Assembly: GCA_963666485.2 (NCBI GenBank)
Contig: CAXXUO010000009.1
Coordinates: 96,001 to 160,000, forward strand
DNA: 64,000 nucleotides
DNA from: Syntrophorhabdaceae bacterium
GTDB lineage: Bacteria; Desulfobacterota; Syntrophorhabdia; Syntrophorhabdales; Syntrophorhabdaceae
Direction of reading: 5' to 3'
Under the pieces are notes generated by a model. It was not told the origin of the DNA and did no database searches. It saw only the letters and a list, made by a program, of their open reading frames with translations. A program made the position numbers and the translations under genes. Position 1 is the stretch's first letter; every line of letters starts with the position of its first letter. This document shows, one piece after another, positions 50,193 to 61,198 of this stretch.

Positions 50193-51029
50193 ATGTGGGA
50201 ATATACGGACAAGGTAAAAGAGCATTTCCTCAACCCGAAGAATGCCGGGGAGATCGAGAACCCCGATGCCGTGGCTGAAGTGGGCTCCATCGCCTGCGGG
50301 GACGCCTTGAAACTGACCATGAAGCTCGACGAGAACAAAAAGATCGTCGACGCGAAGTTCAAGACCTTTGGATGCGCCAGTGCTATCGCGTCCGCGTCCG
50401 CGCTGACCGAACTCCTCAAGGGGAAAACGATCGAAGAAGCGGAAAAGATAACCAACCAGGAGATAGCGGATTACCTTGGCGGGCTCCCCCCTGAAAAGAT
50501 GCACTGCTCCGTCCTCGGCCAGGAGGCCCTCGAAAAGGCGATCGAGAACTACCGGGGCGTCTCCCATAAGATGCCCGAGGAAGTGATCGTCTGCGCCTGC
50601 TTCGGCGTGACCGACGGCGAGATCGAACGGGCCATCCGGCAGAACCACCTCACCAGCGTCGAAGAGGTGACAAACTATACGAAAGCCGGCGGCGGGTGTG
50701 GGAACTGCCATGAGAAGATACAGGCCATTATCGACCGCGTCTATGAAACGAAAGAAAGACAGGCCGAGCCGGTGGAGCGGCCGAAGCTCTCGAACCTCCA
50801 GAAGATCCGTATGATCGAGGAGACGATCGATCGCGAGATACGCCCGTCGCTCAAGCACGACGGCGGGGACATAGAGCTCGTCGACGTGGTCGGCAACAGG
50901 GTGCTCGTCGCGATGCGCGGTGCGTGCGCCACGTGCCAGGCGTCCCAGGCGACGATGAAAGGGTTCGTACAGGGGAAGCTCCAGGAATTTGTTGCACCGG
51001 AGCTCGTCGTTGAGGAGGTGGCATCATGA
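50193..51029 (+). CDS. nifU: Fe-S scaffold NifU
   Basis: ACGD, FGCASA, KMHCS; CACFG..GGCGNC; C-terminal GACATC. Confidence 0.95.
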   Translation: MWEYTDKVKEHFLNPKNAGEIENPDAVAEVGSIACGDALKLTMKLDENKKIVDAKFKTFGCASAIASASALTELLKGKTIEEAEKITNQEIADYLGGLPPEKMHCSVLGQEALEKAIENYRGVSHKMPEEVIVCACFGVTDGEIERAIRQNHLTSVEEVTNYTKAGGGCGNCHEKIQAIIDRVYETKERQAEPVERPKLSNLQKIRMIEETIDREIRPSLKHDGGDIELVDVVGNRVLVAMRGACATCQASQATMKGFVQGKLQEFVAPELVVEEVAS

Positions 51030-52207
51030 AAACGATCTACCTTGACAATAATGCGACAACGATGGTGGCGCCGGAAGTGGTCGAGGAGATGCTGCCCTAC
51101 CTGCACGAGTATTACGGCAACCCCTCGAGCATGCACACGTTCGGCGGGCAGGTCGGCCGCAAGATAACCGAGGCGCGCCAGAAGATCGCCTCGCTGATCG
51201 GGGCGGAGTTGGACGAGATCATCATCACGAGCTGCGGGACGGAAAGCGACAACACCGCGATAATGTCGGCGCTCGCGAACAACCCTGCAAAGAACCACAT
51301 CGTGACGAGCAGGGTCGAGCATCCCGCAGTAAAGGTTTTGTGTGAACATCTCGCCCAGAAAGGGTACCGGGTCACGTTCATACCGGTCGATGCGGACGGC
51401 CGTCTCGACATGAACGAGTACGAGGCAAGCTTAACGCCGGATACCGCGGTCGTGAGCATCATGTGGGCGAACAACGAGACGGGCGTTATATTCCCCGTTG
51501 AAAAGGCAGCCCGCCTCGCCCGCGATAAAGGCATCCTCTTTCATACGGACGCGGTCCAGGCCATCGGGAAAATTCCCGTCAACATGAAACAAAACGCGAT
51601 CGACATGCTCTCGCTTTCCGGCCACAAACTCCATGCACCGAAAGGCGTCGGCGTGCTCTACGTCCGCAAGGGAACGAAGTTCTCGCCGTATTTGATCGGC
51701 GGGCACCAGGAAAAAGGGCGCCGGGGAGGGACGGAGAATGTCCCGAGCATAGTGGCCCTCGGCAAGGCGTGTGAGCTCGCCGCAGCCAACATGGAAAAGG
51801 AGAACACGTATGTCAGGGACCTGCGCGACAGGTTTGAGAAAGGTCTGTGCGCCGCAATACCCAGCTGCAAAATAAACGGAACGACGGAAGAGCGCCTTCC
51901 CAACACCCTCAATATCAGCTTCGAGTTCATCGAAGGCGAAAGCATCCTGCTTCTCATGGACCAGTTCGGCATCTGTGCGTCATCCGGGTCGGCCTGCACA
52001 TCGGGCTCCCTGCAGCCGTCCCACGTCCTGCGGGCGATGGGCGTCCCCTACACGATGGCCCACGGGTCCGTCCGCTTCAGCCTCAGCGTCTATAACACGG
52101 CCGAAGAAGTCGACACCGTCATCAGGGAACTGCCGGCGATAATCGAGAAACTGAGAGTCCTCTCCCCGTACTGGGCCACATCGCAGGGGGCATGCGCGAC
52201 CGCCTGA
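51026..52207 (+). CDS. nifS: Cysteine desulfurase NifS
   Basis: LDNNATT, HTDAVQ, SGHK, SSGSACTS. Confidence 0.95.
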   Translation: MKTIYLDNNATTMVAPEVVEEMLPYLHEYYGNPSSMHTFGGQVGRKITEARQKIASLIGAELDEIIITSCGTESDNTAIMSALANNPAKNHIVTSRVEHPAVKVLCEHLAQKGYRVTFIPVDADGRLDMNEYEASLTPDTAVVSIMWANNETGVIFPVEKAARLARDKGILFHTDAVQAIGKIPVNMKQNAIDMLSLSGHKLHAPKGVGVLYVRKGTKFSPYLIGGHQEKGRRGGTENVPSIVALGKACELAAANMEKENTYVRDLRDRFEKGLCAAIPSCKINGTTEERLPNTLNISFEFIEGESILLLMDQFGICASSGSACTSGSLQPSHVLRAMGVPYTMAHGSVRFSLSVYNTAEEVDTVIRELPAIIEKLRVLSPYWATSQGACATA

Positions 52208-52219
52208 AAGGATAACCGG

Positions 52220-53172
52220 ATGGAAGAAAAATTCGCGAAAGACGAGTGCAGGATCGATATCGCAACGAACCAGGACTACCGGTCACGGATCCACCCCCTT
52301 GTCGACAGGATCGTGTCCCAGTACGACAAGGACGGCAGGTTCCATCATATCGGCCCGGAACCGATCCCGTCGCGGCAGGCCATTATCGACATTATATACA
52401 AGACCATCCCATTCTGTTCCCGGGTTTCTTCTCGGACCACCGGATTGACGATTTCAATGCGGAATATTACCTGGGCCAGCAGATAACGGAACTCTTCGAG
52501 GCGCTGACGATACAGATACAGCACGCGATACGCCATGACTGCATCCGTTTCAACAAGGTGTGTGTCCGGTGCGAGGAGCGCTCGCACGAGATCGGCCTCA
52601 AATTCATCGAGGCAGTACCGGACCTCCAGAAAAAACTGGCGACCGATGTCCGGGCGGCATTTGAGGGAGACCCGGCTTCCCGTCATTTCGACGAGATCAT
52701 ATTCAGTTATCCCGGTCTTTTCGCCATTGCCGTATACCGGGTCGCAAACTGGCTGCACCTCGCGGACGTCCCCCTTATCCCGCGCATTATGACGGAACAT
52801 GCCCACGGGCGGACGGGTATCGACATCCATCCCGGAGTCGAGATCGGGGACAGTTTCTTCATCGATCACGGCACGGGCGTGGTCATCGGTGAGACGACAA
52901 ATATAGGGAACCGCGTCCGCCTGTACCAGGGCGTGACCCTCGGCGCCCTTTCGTTGAGCAAGGACGAATGCCCCCTGCTGAGGGACACCAAGCGGCACCC
53001 CACCATAGAGGACGACGTGATCATCTACGCCAACGCGACCATCCTTGGCGGAAAAACCGTGATAGGGGCCCGGTCAGTCATCGGCGGCAACGTCTGGCTC
53101 ACCGAATCCGTACCGCCTGACACGTCGGTGTTCCTCAAAAAGCCGGAACTCGTCATGCGAAATAAAGTATAA
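52220..53172 (+). pseudogene. cysE: Serine O-acetyltransferase with one frameshift near 52405-52410
   Basis: N-terminus in 52220 frame, rest in 52246 frame (GDPA, SYPG, IDIHPG, IDHGTG, KRHPT). Confidence 0.85.
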
Positions 53173-53189
53173 TAGAGAAGCTGGATACA

Positions 53190-54326
53190 ATGTTGGAGCA
53201 GCAGAACATCGGCCAATCATCCCCCGTTTCTCGCCCCGGGGACAGCCTTGAATTCCCTATCTTTCGCCCTCAGCCAGTGTATCAGCCCGAGCGGCCTGCC
53301 TATTGCGAGGGCGATGTCCTGCCCCCATGGATCACCGGGTTCGTATCAACCGGCGCGGGGAAGATACCGGTCGCCGGCACGACGCTGAACTTCAGCGACA
53401 CCCGGGGAAGCTGGAAGGCGAGGTGGGGACTCAACCGCATGAACTACAGGGTCCGCCCCGGGCTTTACGGGATCGGAGAACCCGACGCGTCGTCCCCCGT
53501 TTTTCTTTCCGCCAATTACAAGATGAGCTTTGACAGGCTGCGCAAAGAGCTCGGCGGCCTCGACGCATGGGTGATGGTCCTCGACACAGACGGCATAAAC
53601 GTCTGGTGCGCAGCGGGAAAAGGCACCTTCGGGACCGAGGAGATCGTGAGGAGGATAGCGGCCGTGGAACTGTCCCGCATCGTCTCGCACCGCACGATCA
53701 TCTCACCCCAGCTCGGCGCGCCCGGCATCGCGGCGCACGAGGTCCGGAAAAGATCGGGCTTCAAAGTCGTGTACGGCCCCGTGCGTGCGTGCGACATCAA
53801 GGAATTCATGAAGGCGGGGTTGAAGGCGACACCCGCGATGCGTGCCGTCACGTTCGGCTTCGCCGAAAGGCTGGTGCTCACGCCGATCGAGATCGTGAAC
53901 ATAGTGAAGCCGATGCTCGGCATCGCCGCGGCTCTTGCTATCTTTCATTTTATCGGGATAGTTAAGGCGGATCTGTGGGGCATATACCCGTTCATCGGCG
54001 CGATATTCGCGGGTACGGTTGCCGGGCCCGCCCTTCTGCCGTGGCTCCCCGGCAGGGCATTTTCGGTAAAGGGGGCCGTCATCGGGCTTGCGTGGACATT
54101 CATCGTGCTTTATTTTGGGCTCACCCGCTACGGGATGCTGAACGGTCTCGCGCTCTTTTTGCTCCTTCCGGCAATATCGGCCTTCCTGACGCTCAACTTC
54201 ACCGGCGCCTCGACATATACCTCGCTCTCCGGTGTGCGGCGGGAGATGAAATTCGCGGTCCCGGTCATTGTCGCGTCAGCAGTCCTCGGCCTTGGCATCT
54301 TTATAGCCGGGCGGTTCTTTTCGTGA
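53190..54326 (+). CDS. hgcA: Mercury methylation corrinoid protein HgcA
   Basis: Cap helix NVWCAAGKG; PQLGAPG, GPVRA; C-terminal TM helices; FTGASTYTS. Confidence 0.96.
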   Translation: MLEQQNIGQSSPVSRPGDSLEFPIFRPQPVYQPERPAYCEGDVLPPWITGFVSTGAGKIPVAGTTLNFSDTRGSWKARWGLNRMNYRVRPGLYGIGEPDASSPVFLSANYKMSFDRLRKELGGLDAWVMVLDTDGINVWCAAGKGTFGTEEIVRRIAAVELSRIVSHRTIISPQLGAPGIAAHEVRKRSGFKVVYGPVRACDIKEFMKAGLKATPAMRAVTFGFAERLVLTPIEIVNIVKPMLGIAAALAIFHFIGIVKADLWGIYPFIGAIFAGTVAGPALLPWLPGRAFSVKGAVIGLAWTFIVLYFGLTRYGMLNGLALFLLLPAISAFLTLNFTGASTYTSLSGVRREMKFAVPVIVASAVLGLGIFIAGRFFS

Positions 54327-54338
54327 GAGGAACGAGAT

Positions 54339-54626
54339 ATGAAACAGCACTACCTTGAAAATGTAAGCACACTTCAACTGAACCCCGACAGGTGCACGGG
54401 GTGCGGGATGTGCTGCGATGTCTGCCCGCATGACGTGTTTGAACTCTCCGGGAAAAAGGCGCATATCCGCAATGTCGATGCCTGCATGGAATGCGGCGCC
54501 TGCGCGCGGAATTGCGCGTTCGGCGCTATAGCCGTCAATGCGGGCGTGGGCTGTGCAACGGGGATAATCATCGGCGCGCTGACCGGTACGGAGCCGAACT
54601 GCTGCGGCAGCGGGTCATGCTGCTGA
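54339..54626 (+). CDS. hgcB: Mercury methylation ferredoxin HgcB
   Basis: CTGCGMC..CP and CMECGAC; GVGCA; C-terminal CC; follows hgcA. Confidence 0.96.
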   Translation: MKQHYLENVSTLQLNPDRCTGCGMCCDVCPHDVFELSGKKAHIRNVDACMECGACARNCAFGAIAVNAGVGCATGIIIGALTGTEPNCCGSGSCC

Positions 54627-54678
54627 ACTGAAGACCCCGCTCTGTTCCGAGCCCGCAGTCGACCTTCCCGGGCCCGGT

Positions 54679-57600
54679 TTACCGGTTCCTGAATTCCCTC
54701 TGTTTCCAGAACATATAGATAACGGGATAGACAACGAGTTCAAGAATGGTCGAGGTTATCACGCCTCCCACCATGGGCGCGGCTATCCTCTTCATGACGT
54801 CGGCCCCGGCCCCGTGGCTGAACATGATCGGGATGAGCCCGGCAAGGATAACGCAGACGGTCATCATCTTCGGGCGTATCCGTTTTACCGCGCCGTGCAT
54901 TATGGCATCCTTGAGACCGGCGATGCCCGTCAGTTTTCCTTCCCGTTTCCACTGATCATGGGCGAGGTCGAGGTATAGCAGCATGATGACGCCCGTTTCC
55001 GCGTCGAGGCCGGCAAGGGCTATAATGCCTACCCAGACGGCGATGCTCATGTTGTAACCGAGTATATAGAGAAACCAGAAAGAACCGACCAGAGAAAAAG
55101 GAACTGCCAGGAGAACAATCAGGGTCTTTGTTATGGAACGGGTGTTGAGATAGATCAGAATAAAAATAATAAGGAACGTCAGGGGGATGACGATGAGCAG
55201 CCGCTCGTGCGTCCTGACGAGGTACTCATACTCCCCGCTCCATTGCAGGCGATACCCGGGCGGTATCGTGAGAGACGCTATCTTCTTTTTTGCCTCTTCG
55301 ACATACCCCCCGATGTCCCTTCCGGTGAAATCAATGAACACGTAGGATGCAAGGAGGCCCTGCTCACTTTTGATCTGCGTCGGGCCTTTGACGATCTTTA
55401 TGTCGGCGAGCTGTTTGAGCGGGACCTGCATGATCGGCTGATTCGAAGGCGCAGGGGCCTGTCCTGCACCCCCTGACATCCCGCCGCCGGAAGGCTTAAC
55501 CTCGGAACCCGTCATGACGGGTATCAGGACCCGTTCGAGATGCGTGACACTATCGCGGAGTTCGCGGGCATACCGCACGTTGACGGGATAACGCTCCCTG
55601 CCCTCAATGGTTGTCGTAAGGTTCATGCCCCCGATAGCGGTTTGGATAACATCCTGGACATCCTGGACGTTGAGCCCCAAACGGGCCGCCTCCTGTCTTT
55701 TCAGGTCAAAATCCAGGAAATAACCCGTGGTTACCCGTTCGGCGTAGACGCTGCGCGTCCCGGGAATTTCCCGTATGTGATGCTCGATGGCAAGGCCGAT
55801 CCTTTCGATCTCCTCTATCTTTGGCCCGAGAACCTTGATGCCCACCGGCGTACGGATGCCGGTCGCGAGCATGTCGGTACGGGCCTTGATGGGCATGGTG
55901 AAGGAATTGGCCACACCGGGAAGGGTGAGGTTTTCATTTAACTCGTCCTTCAGTTTTTCCACCGTCATCCCCGGCCGCCATTTCGATTCCGGCTTCAAGT
56001 TTATCGTCGTCTCGAACATCTCGAGGGGTGCGGGGTCCGTGGCGGTCTCGGCCCTGCCGGCTTTTCCGAACACCGATTCCACCTCGGGGACCGCCTTTAT
56101 TATTTTGTCCTGCAGTTCAAGGAGGTCCTTTGCGACAGAGATCGAGGCCGCCGGCGCGGTGACCGGCATATAGAAAAGAGTGCCTTCGTATAAAGGAGGC
56201 ATAAATTCGGTGCCCAGCTTCATGAAAGGATAGACAGTGACAGCCAGGATGATCACTGCGCCGATTATGACCCACATCTTGAATCTGAGGGCCATTTCCG
56301 CGATCGGGCCGTAGACCGTGTGGAGAAACCGGCTGACAGGGTTCTTTTCCTCGGGTCTTACTTTGCCCCTGATAAAAAGCGTCATAAGAACGGGGGTCAG
56401 CGTCACCGCGAGGAAAGATGAAAAGAGCATCGCGAAAGTCTTGGTGTATGCGAGGGGTTTAAAGAGCCGGCCCGCCTGTCCCTCCAGCGTAAAGACCGGC
56501 AGAAAACCGACGGTGATGACGAGAAGCGAAAAGAAGAGCGAGGGCCCGACCTCTTTGGCTGCCTCGGTAATAACGCGCGCCCTGCTTTCCTGCCTTCCGC
56601 CCTCTTCCCATTCTTCAAGCTTTTTATGGGCATTCTCCACCATGATGATCGACGCGTCGACCATTGCCCCGATCGCGATGGCAATGCCGGAGAGGCTCAT
56701 GATATTGGACGTGACATTGAGGTAGAACATGCAGATAAATGACATGATGATGGCGAAGGGCAGGGTCAGGATCACAACGAGTGCGCTCGGCAAATGAAAG
56801 AGAAACACGAGGCAGACCACGCTTACCGCTATTGCCAGCTTCAGGATCTCTTCCTTGAGGGTGCCTATTGCACGGTGTATGAGGTCGGACCGGTCATATG
56901 TCACGACAACTTTCACGCCTTTGGGCAGTGACGGCTGGATGTCCTGCGCGATCTTCTGTTTTACCCTCTCGATCGCGTTCAGGACGTTCTCCCCAAACCT
57001 CACAATGACGATCCCGCCGGCCACGTCACCCTTCCCGTCGAGATCGGCCAATCCGCGGCGGATCTCCGGACCGAGCTTCACCGTGGCTACGTCTTTAAGA
57101 AATACAGGGGTCCCGAGGTTGTTCGTTTTAACGGCGATATTCTCGACATCGGCAATGTCCCTTATATATCCCCTGCCCCGCACCATGTATTCAATGCCCG
57201 AGAATTCGAGGACCCGGCCTTCCACGTCGAGGTTGCTCTTTCGCACGGCTTCCATGACCCTGGTAATAGGCACGTTGAAAGCCACGAGCCGATTGGGATC
57301 GATGGTGATCTGATATTGTTTGACGAAGCCGCCGATCGATGCGACCTGTGAAATCCCGGGTACGCTCTCGATGGCCAGCTTCAGGTTCCAATCCTGCAAG
57401 GACCTCAACTGAGCAAGGTCATACCTGCCGCTCTCATCGACGAGAGCATAGGAAAAGCCCCATCCCAGGCTGGTCGCGTCGGGCCCGAGCACAGGGTTCA
57501 CGGATTCGGGCAATTTGTTCCGTACCGCCTGCAGGTATTCAAGGACCCTGCTCCGCGCCCAGTATATGTCCGTTCCCTCTTTAAAGATGACGTAGATGAA

Positions 57601-57873
57601 GGAGCTTCCCAGGAAAGAAAAACCGCGCACTGCCTGGACGTGGGGCGCTGCGAGGAGCGTTGATGTGATGGGGTACGTTATCTGGTCTTCGATAAGGTCG
57701 GGGCTTCTGCCGGTCCATTCCGTGTAAATTATGACCTGCGTGTCGCTCAGGTCGGGGATCGCGTCGAGCGGCGTATATTTAAGGGCCCACAGTCCCCAGG
57801 CAAAAGCAAAAAAGATGAGGAAGACGACTATGAATTTATTTCGTGAGCTCAGTTCGATGATCTTCGCTATCAT
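54679..57873 (-). CDS. cusA: CusA/CzcA heavy-metal RND permease
   Basis: DAIPDLSD, GAMVDA, FMPPL..YMP, DPAPLEM, RIRPKMMT. Confidence 0.93.
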   Translation of the reverse strand: MIAKIIELSSRNKFIVVFLIFFAFAWGLWALKYTPLDAIPDLSDTQVIIYTEWTGRSPDLIEDQITYPITSTLLAAPHVQAVRGFSFLGSSFIYVIFKEGTDIYWARSRVLEYLQAVRNKLPESVNPVLGPDATSLGWGFSYALVDESGRYDLAQLRSLQDWNLKLAIESVPGISQVASIGGFVKQYQITIDPNRLVAFNVPITRVMEAVRKSNLDVEGRVLEFSGIEYMVRGRGYIRDIADVENIAVKTNNLGTPVFLKDVATVKLGPEIRRGLADLDGKGDVAGGIVIVRFGENVLNAIERVKQKIAQDIQPSLPKGVKVVVTYDRSDLIHRAIGTLKEEILKLAIAVSVVCLVFLFHLPSALVVILTLPFAIIMSFICMFYLNVTSNIMSLSGIAIAIGAMVDASIIMVENAHKKLEEWEEGGRQESRARVITEAAKEVGPSLFFSLLVITVGFLPVFTLEGQAGRLFKPLAYTKTFAMLFSSFLAVTLTPVLMTLFIRGKVRPEEKNPVSRFLHTVYGPIAEMALRFKMWVIIGAVIILAVTVYPFMKLGTEFMPPLYEGTLFYMPVTAPAASISVAKDLLELQDKIIKAVPEVESVFGKAGRAETATDPAPLEMFETTINLKPESKWRPGMTVEKLKDELNENLTLPGVANSFTMPIKARTDMLATGIRTPVGIKVLGPKIEEIERIGLAIEHHIREIPGTRSVYAERVTTGYFLDFDLKRQEAARLGLNVQDVQDVIQTAIGGMNLTTTIEGRERYPVNVRYARELRDSVTHLERVLIPVMTGSEVKPSGGGMSGGAGQAPAPSNQPIMQVPLKQLADIKIVKGPTQIKSEQGLLASYVFIDFTGRDIGGYVEEAKKKIASLTIPPGYRLQWSGEYEYLVRTHERLLIVIPLTFLIIFILIYLNTRSITKTLIVLLAVPFSLVGSFWFLYILGYNMSIAVWVGIIALAGLDAETGVIMLLYLDLAHDQWKREGKLTGIAGLKDAIMHGAVKRIRPKMMTVCVILAGLIPIMFSHGAGADVMKRIAAPMVGGVITSTILELVVYPVIYMFWKQREFRNR

Positions 57874-57928
57874 AACCTGTCGTCACCTGCTTGAGGCTTG
57901 AGACAACCATGGACCGCACTTCACGATT

Positions 57929-59317
57929 TTAATGCCTGTGCCCCCCGGGGGGCGGGGCGCTTTGCTTCGGGCTTTCGGACGGACCGGCAGACGATTTCGG
58001 GACAGGTGCCTGCGTCGAGGGGGCCTCTTTGCCGGCCCGGGATGTGTCCTGTTTTGAAGCTGGCCTTGCCGGGGCCTCGACACCTTTGAGCTTTGCCTCG
58101 GAGTCAATGAGGAAATTAGCCGACGATGCAACCAGGTCCCCGGCCTTGAGACCGGACCTGATCTCTACCATCCTGTCCGCTTTCGCCCCCGTCACAACTT
58201 CCCTTGGCTCGAACGTTCCCTCTCCTTTGTCGATATAGACGATCTTTCTCAATCCTGTATCTATGACAGCTTCATCGGGAACGGCCAGTTTCCGCCCCAG
58301 ATCCACCAGCAGTTCAACGTCGGCAAACATCTGGGGCCGCAAATTTCCCTGCGGATTAGGGATGCTGAACCGTACCTTCATTGTCCGGGTCTCTGCCGAT
58401 AGCGTCGGGGAGACGAATTCAACCCGCGATGAATATTCTTTACCGGGGAAGGAATTAAGCCTGATCTTAGCGATATCACCCTCTTTGACGAAAGGAAATT
58501 CGAATTCGTAGATATCCGCCACAACCCAGACATTCGACAGGTCCGCCACGTCGAACAATTTCTCGCCTGCCATGACCTTCTGTCCCTGAACGACATATTT
58601 CTGGAGGACATAGCCGCCTGAGGGGCTCGCAATGGCAAGTGTCTTCAGCGGCGTTTCGCTTTGCTCGATCCGGCGTATCTGGGCATCGCTGACGTCCCAT
58701 AGCTTCAAACGCTTACGGGCTGAGTCGAGGATCACCTCCGCATCCTTGCGAAGCATGTCCCCGAAGTCCTGCTGATCGTCCGTGCCCGGCCCCGCCTGAT
58801 GAGAGTTCCTCCGGGCGGTCTTCTTCGCCCATCGGACGAGATTGATAAATTCCTGCTGGGTTGCCCAGAGTTCCGGACTGTATATATCTGCCACGCGCTC
58901 GCCCTTCTTTACATATGTGCCCGTGTAATTGACGTAGAGCCGCTCGATCCAGCCTTCCACCTTGGTATTGATGGTGGTGAGCTTGCGCTCATCATATTCC
59001 ACGCGGCCCACCGTCCTGACTATTTTACGCAGCGGCACGACGGCAGCGGGAGTTGTCCTGACACCGATGACCTTTTGCTTCTCCGGCGGTATTTCGATGG
59101 TGGGCGGAGGCGTCGATTCCTGCTTTGCGGCGGCGTCCGGGGACCTTGCCGGTGATGCGCCCGTTGACGTCCCGGGGGACTGCCCGTGCTGGTGCCCTCC
59201 TGACTGTTCAGGGTTTTCTTTGGGCGTTGCCCGCCTGGAAGGATTTGCGAGATAAAAGATCGCAAATCCGGCGGCAATGACGATGCAGACAACAACGAGA
59301 ATGCGTACCTTATTCAT
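57929..59317 (-). CDS. cusB: CusB-type RND periplasmic adaptor
   Basis: GWIERL, YSPEL, ADLSNVWV, NFLIDSE. Confidence 0.88.
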   Translation of the reverse strand: MNKVRILVVVCIVIAAGFAIFYLANPSRRATPKENPEQSGGHQHGQSPGTSTGASPARSPDAAAKQESTPPPTIEIPPEKQKVIGVRTTPAAVVPLRKIVRTVGRVEYDERKLTTINTKVEGWIERLYVNYTGTYVKKGERVADIYSPELWATQQEFINLVRWAKKTARRNSHQAGPGTDDQQDFGDMLRKDAEVILDSARKRLKLWDVSDAQIRRIEQSETPLKTLAIASPSGGYVLQKYVVQGQKVMAGEKLFDVADLSNVWVVADIYEFEFPFVKEGDIAKIRLNSFPGKEYSSRVEFVSPTLSAETRTMKVRFSIPNPQGNLRPQMFADVELLVDLGRKLAVPDEAVIDTGLRKIVYIDKGEGTFEPREVVTGAKADRMVEIRSGLKAGDLVASSANFLIDSEAKLKGVEAPARPASKQDTSRAGKEAPSTQAPVPKSSAGPSESPKQSAPPPGGHRH

Positions 59318-60647
59318 GGGGAACCTTTCCCGGGTCGTGCCTGATCATGTTAGAGGCCGGCTTTGAATCGCGTATCCCCCATTTCCCTGAGTTCCTGCCG
59401 GTAACCATATCGAGCAAGGCAACGGCCTTTTCGCGCTGCACATATTGTGCCCAGTACAAAAGCTCCGTGTCCAGAAGGGCCTTCAGCCGTGAAATTGCCG
59501 TGATGGCCTCGATCTTGCCGGCAGTATAACCTGAAAGTGCAAGCTGAAAATCCTGGTACGTTTTGGGGATAACACCTTCCTTGTAAAGTTTCATAAGTTT
59601 TTCCGATGTCTTCACCATGGAAAAACTGTCCCGTATCCCGGACGACAACATATATTCCAGGGAAGCGATCTCCCGTTTGGCCCCGAGACGATTTGCCTCG
59701 GCTTCCAATACTGCCTGCGATTGTTTCGTCGTGGAATAAAGGGGGATATTGACCGATACCGTGACGTTCCACATATCCAGCATTCCCTTGGTCTTCGGAA
59801 AATAGCTGACACCCAGCGTCGGGTCGGGGTAATATTCTTTTTTTGCCATTTGGACCTTTGCTTCCGCGGCATCGGCCATGGCCTGCTTTGCATGGATCTC
59901 GGGCGAGTTCTTCTTTGCCATCTCCAGAGATTCCTCGAGGCTCAGCTCGTAGGGGGTGGAGGAAAACTCGGCCGGGCGGCTAAGAGGCGTGGTGATGTCC
60001 CGACCGAGTGTGTTATTGAGCATCCCCTGGATAGCCTGTATCCTTTGCCTCTGCATTTCCTCTCTTTCGATGAGCATATACTTCTCGGTCTGGGCCATGA
60101 CTATCTCTTGCTGGGAACCCGTGCCCGACGCATACCGGGCCGAAGCGGCATCTTCGATCATCGAAAAATAATCAGACAGCTTCTTCAGCACATCGATGTT
60201 TTTATAGGCAAGGAAAAGTTCGTAATACAACTGCCTGACCGTCGCCACGACCTTGAGTTGGGCCGCCCTGTGCGTCCACCTCAGATTGTCCGCATCCCTG
60301 GCGGCCATCTGGCCTTTCAGGTCGCGTTTTCCCCAAAAAGGAAACATTTGAGACAACGCAAACATGCCCATCGAATTTGGCTCTTCCCCGATGGTTATTC
60401 GCTGGAACCCTTCATTTTGATATCCGAACATGAACATGGGGTCCGGCAGGCTTTGCGCCTGGGGGACCCTGTAGAGTGAAGCTGACACCCTCGTTTCAGA
60501 AACGAGAAGCTCAGGGCTTTTATTCAGGGCTTCACCGACAAGGTCATCGAGACCGACCGTATTGATATCGCCGGCCAGTACCTGCGAGAAGACGATCAAA
60601 AAAGCAAACAACATCATGATTGTACGATGTATATTTCGCAATGTCAT
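59310..60647 (-). CDS. TolC-family outer membrane efflux protein
   Basis: Signal peptide; SLPDP, QMFPFWGK; upstream of cusBA. Confidence 0.88.
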   Translation of the reverse strand: MTLRNIHRTIMMLFAFLIVFSQVLAGDINTVGLDDLVGEALNKSPELLVSETRVSASLYRVPQAQSLPDPMFMFGYQNEGFQRITIGEEPNSMGMFALSQMFPFWGKRDLKGQMAARDADNLRWTHRAAQLKVVATVRQLYYELFLAYKNIDVLKKLSDYFSMIEDAASARYASGTGSQQEIVMAQTEKYMLIEREEMQRQRIQAIQGMLNNTLGRDITTPLSRPAEFSSTPYELSLEESLEMAKKNSPEIHAKQAMADAAEAKVQMAKKEYYPDPTLGVSYFPKTKGMLDMWNVTVSVNIPLYSTTKQSQAVLEAEANRLGAKREIASLEYMLSSGIRDSFSMVKTSEKLMKLYKEGVIPKTYQDFQLALSGYTAGKIEAITAISRLKALLDTELLYWAQYVQREKAVALLDMVTGRNSGKWGIRDSKPASNMIRHDPGKVPHE

Positions 60648-60674
60648 CCCTCCCTCCTGCCGCATTAAAAGAGA

Positions 60675-61070
60675 TTACCTGGCATCTACCGAAAATTTGG
60701 CAGAAACTGTTTTACCGGCCCTCGTCACTTTGAGATCGTTATTCCAGGACCCTGACATGGAATAATCTATTTTTGCCCTGTAAACGTTCCCCGCAGGTAC
60801 CAGGTCCGCTTTATAGTTCATGGCCGGCATTCCCGGCATGGCAGGCATCGAATAATTGAGAAGCACCTTTGCGTCGGTAACGGCCTTGCCTGACGCATCA
60901 GTGATGTTTACCTCGATATTGTTCGGTCCGGCAACCGGGGGATTTTTATCGATCCGGATATTTACAGTGAGGTCCCCCGCTTTCCTGGTGATCTCGTAAT
61001 CTTTGGCGTAAGCAACGCAAACCACCATTATGATCGTCAACATTATTATCAGCGCACATGATCTTTTCAT
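60675..61070 (-). CDS. YtkA/FixH-like periplasmic Met-rich metal-binding protein
   Basis: Signal peptide; YSMPAMPGMPAM, SMSGSW. Confidence 0.75.
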   Translation of the reverse strand: MKRSCALIIMLTIIMVVCVAYAKDYEITRKAGDLTVNIRIDKNPPVAGPNNIEVNITDASGKAVTDAKVLLNYSMPAMPGMPAMNYKADLVPAGNVYRAKIDYSMSGSWNNDLKVTRAGKTVSAKFSVDAR

Positions 61071-61198
61071 GATCTCCTCCTTTAAAATCAATTATAAAGC
61101 CAAATTATTACGGGGAAAAGCCCCGTAAGGGCTGCCCCCTCTTAAATACGGCTCTTACAATGCATCTACCGCAGGCAATAAAGGCAGGACTTTGTCCG

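Noticed and set aside
54618..54660. Sec readthrough at the hgcB TGA
   Set aside because: The protein already ends in the canonical CC and the downstream frame looks non-coding; the HgcA cap-helix codon is TGC
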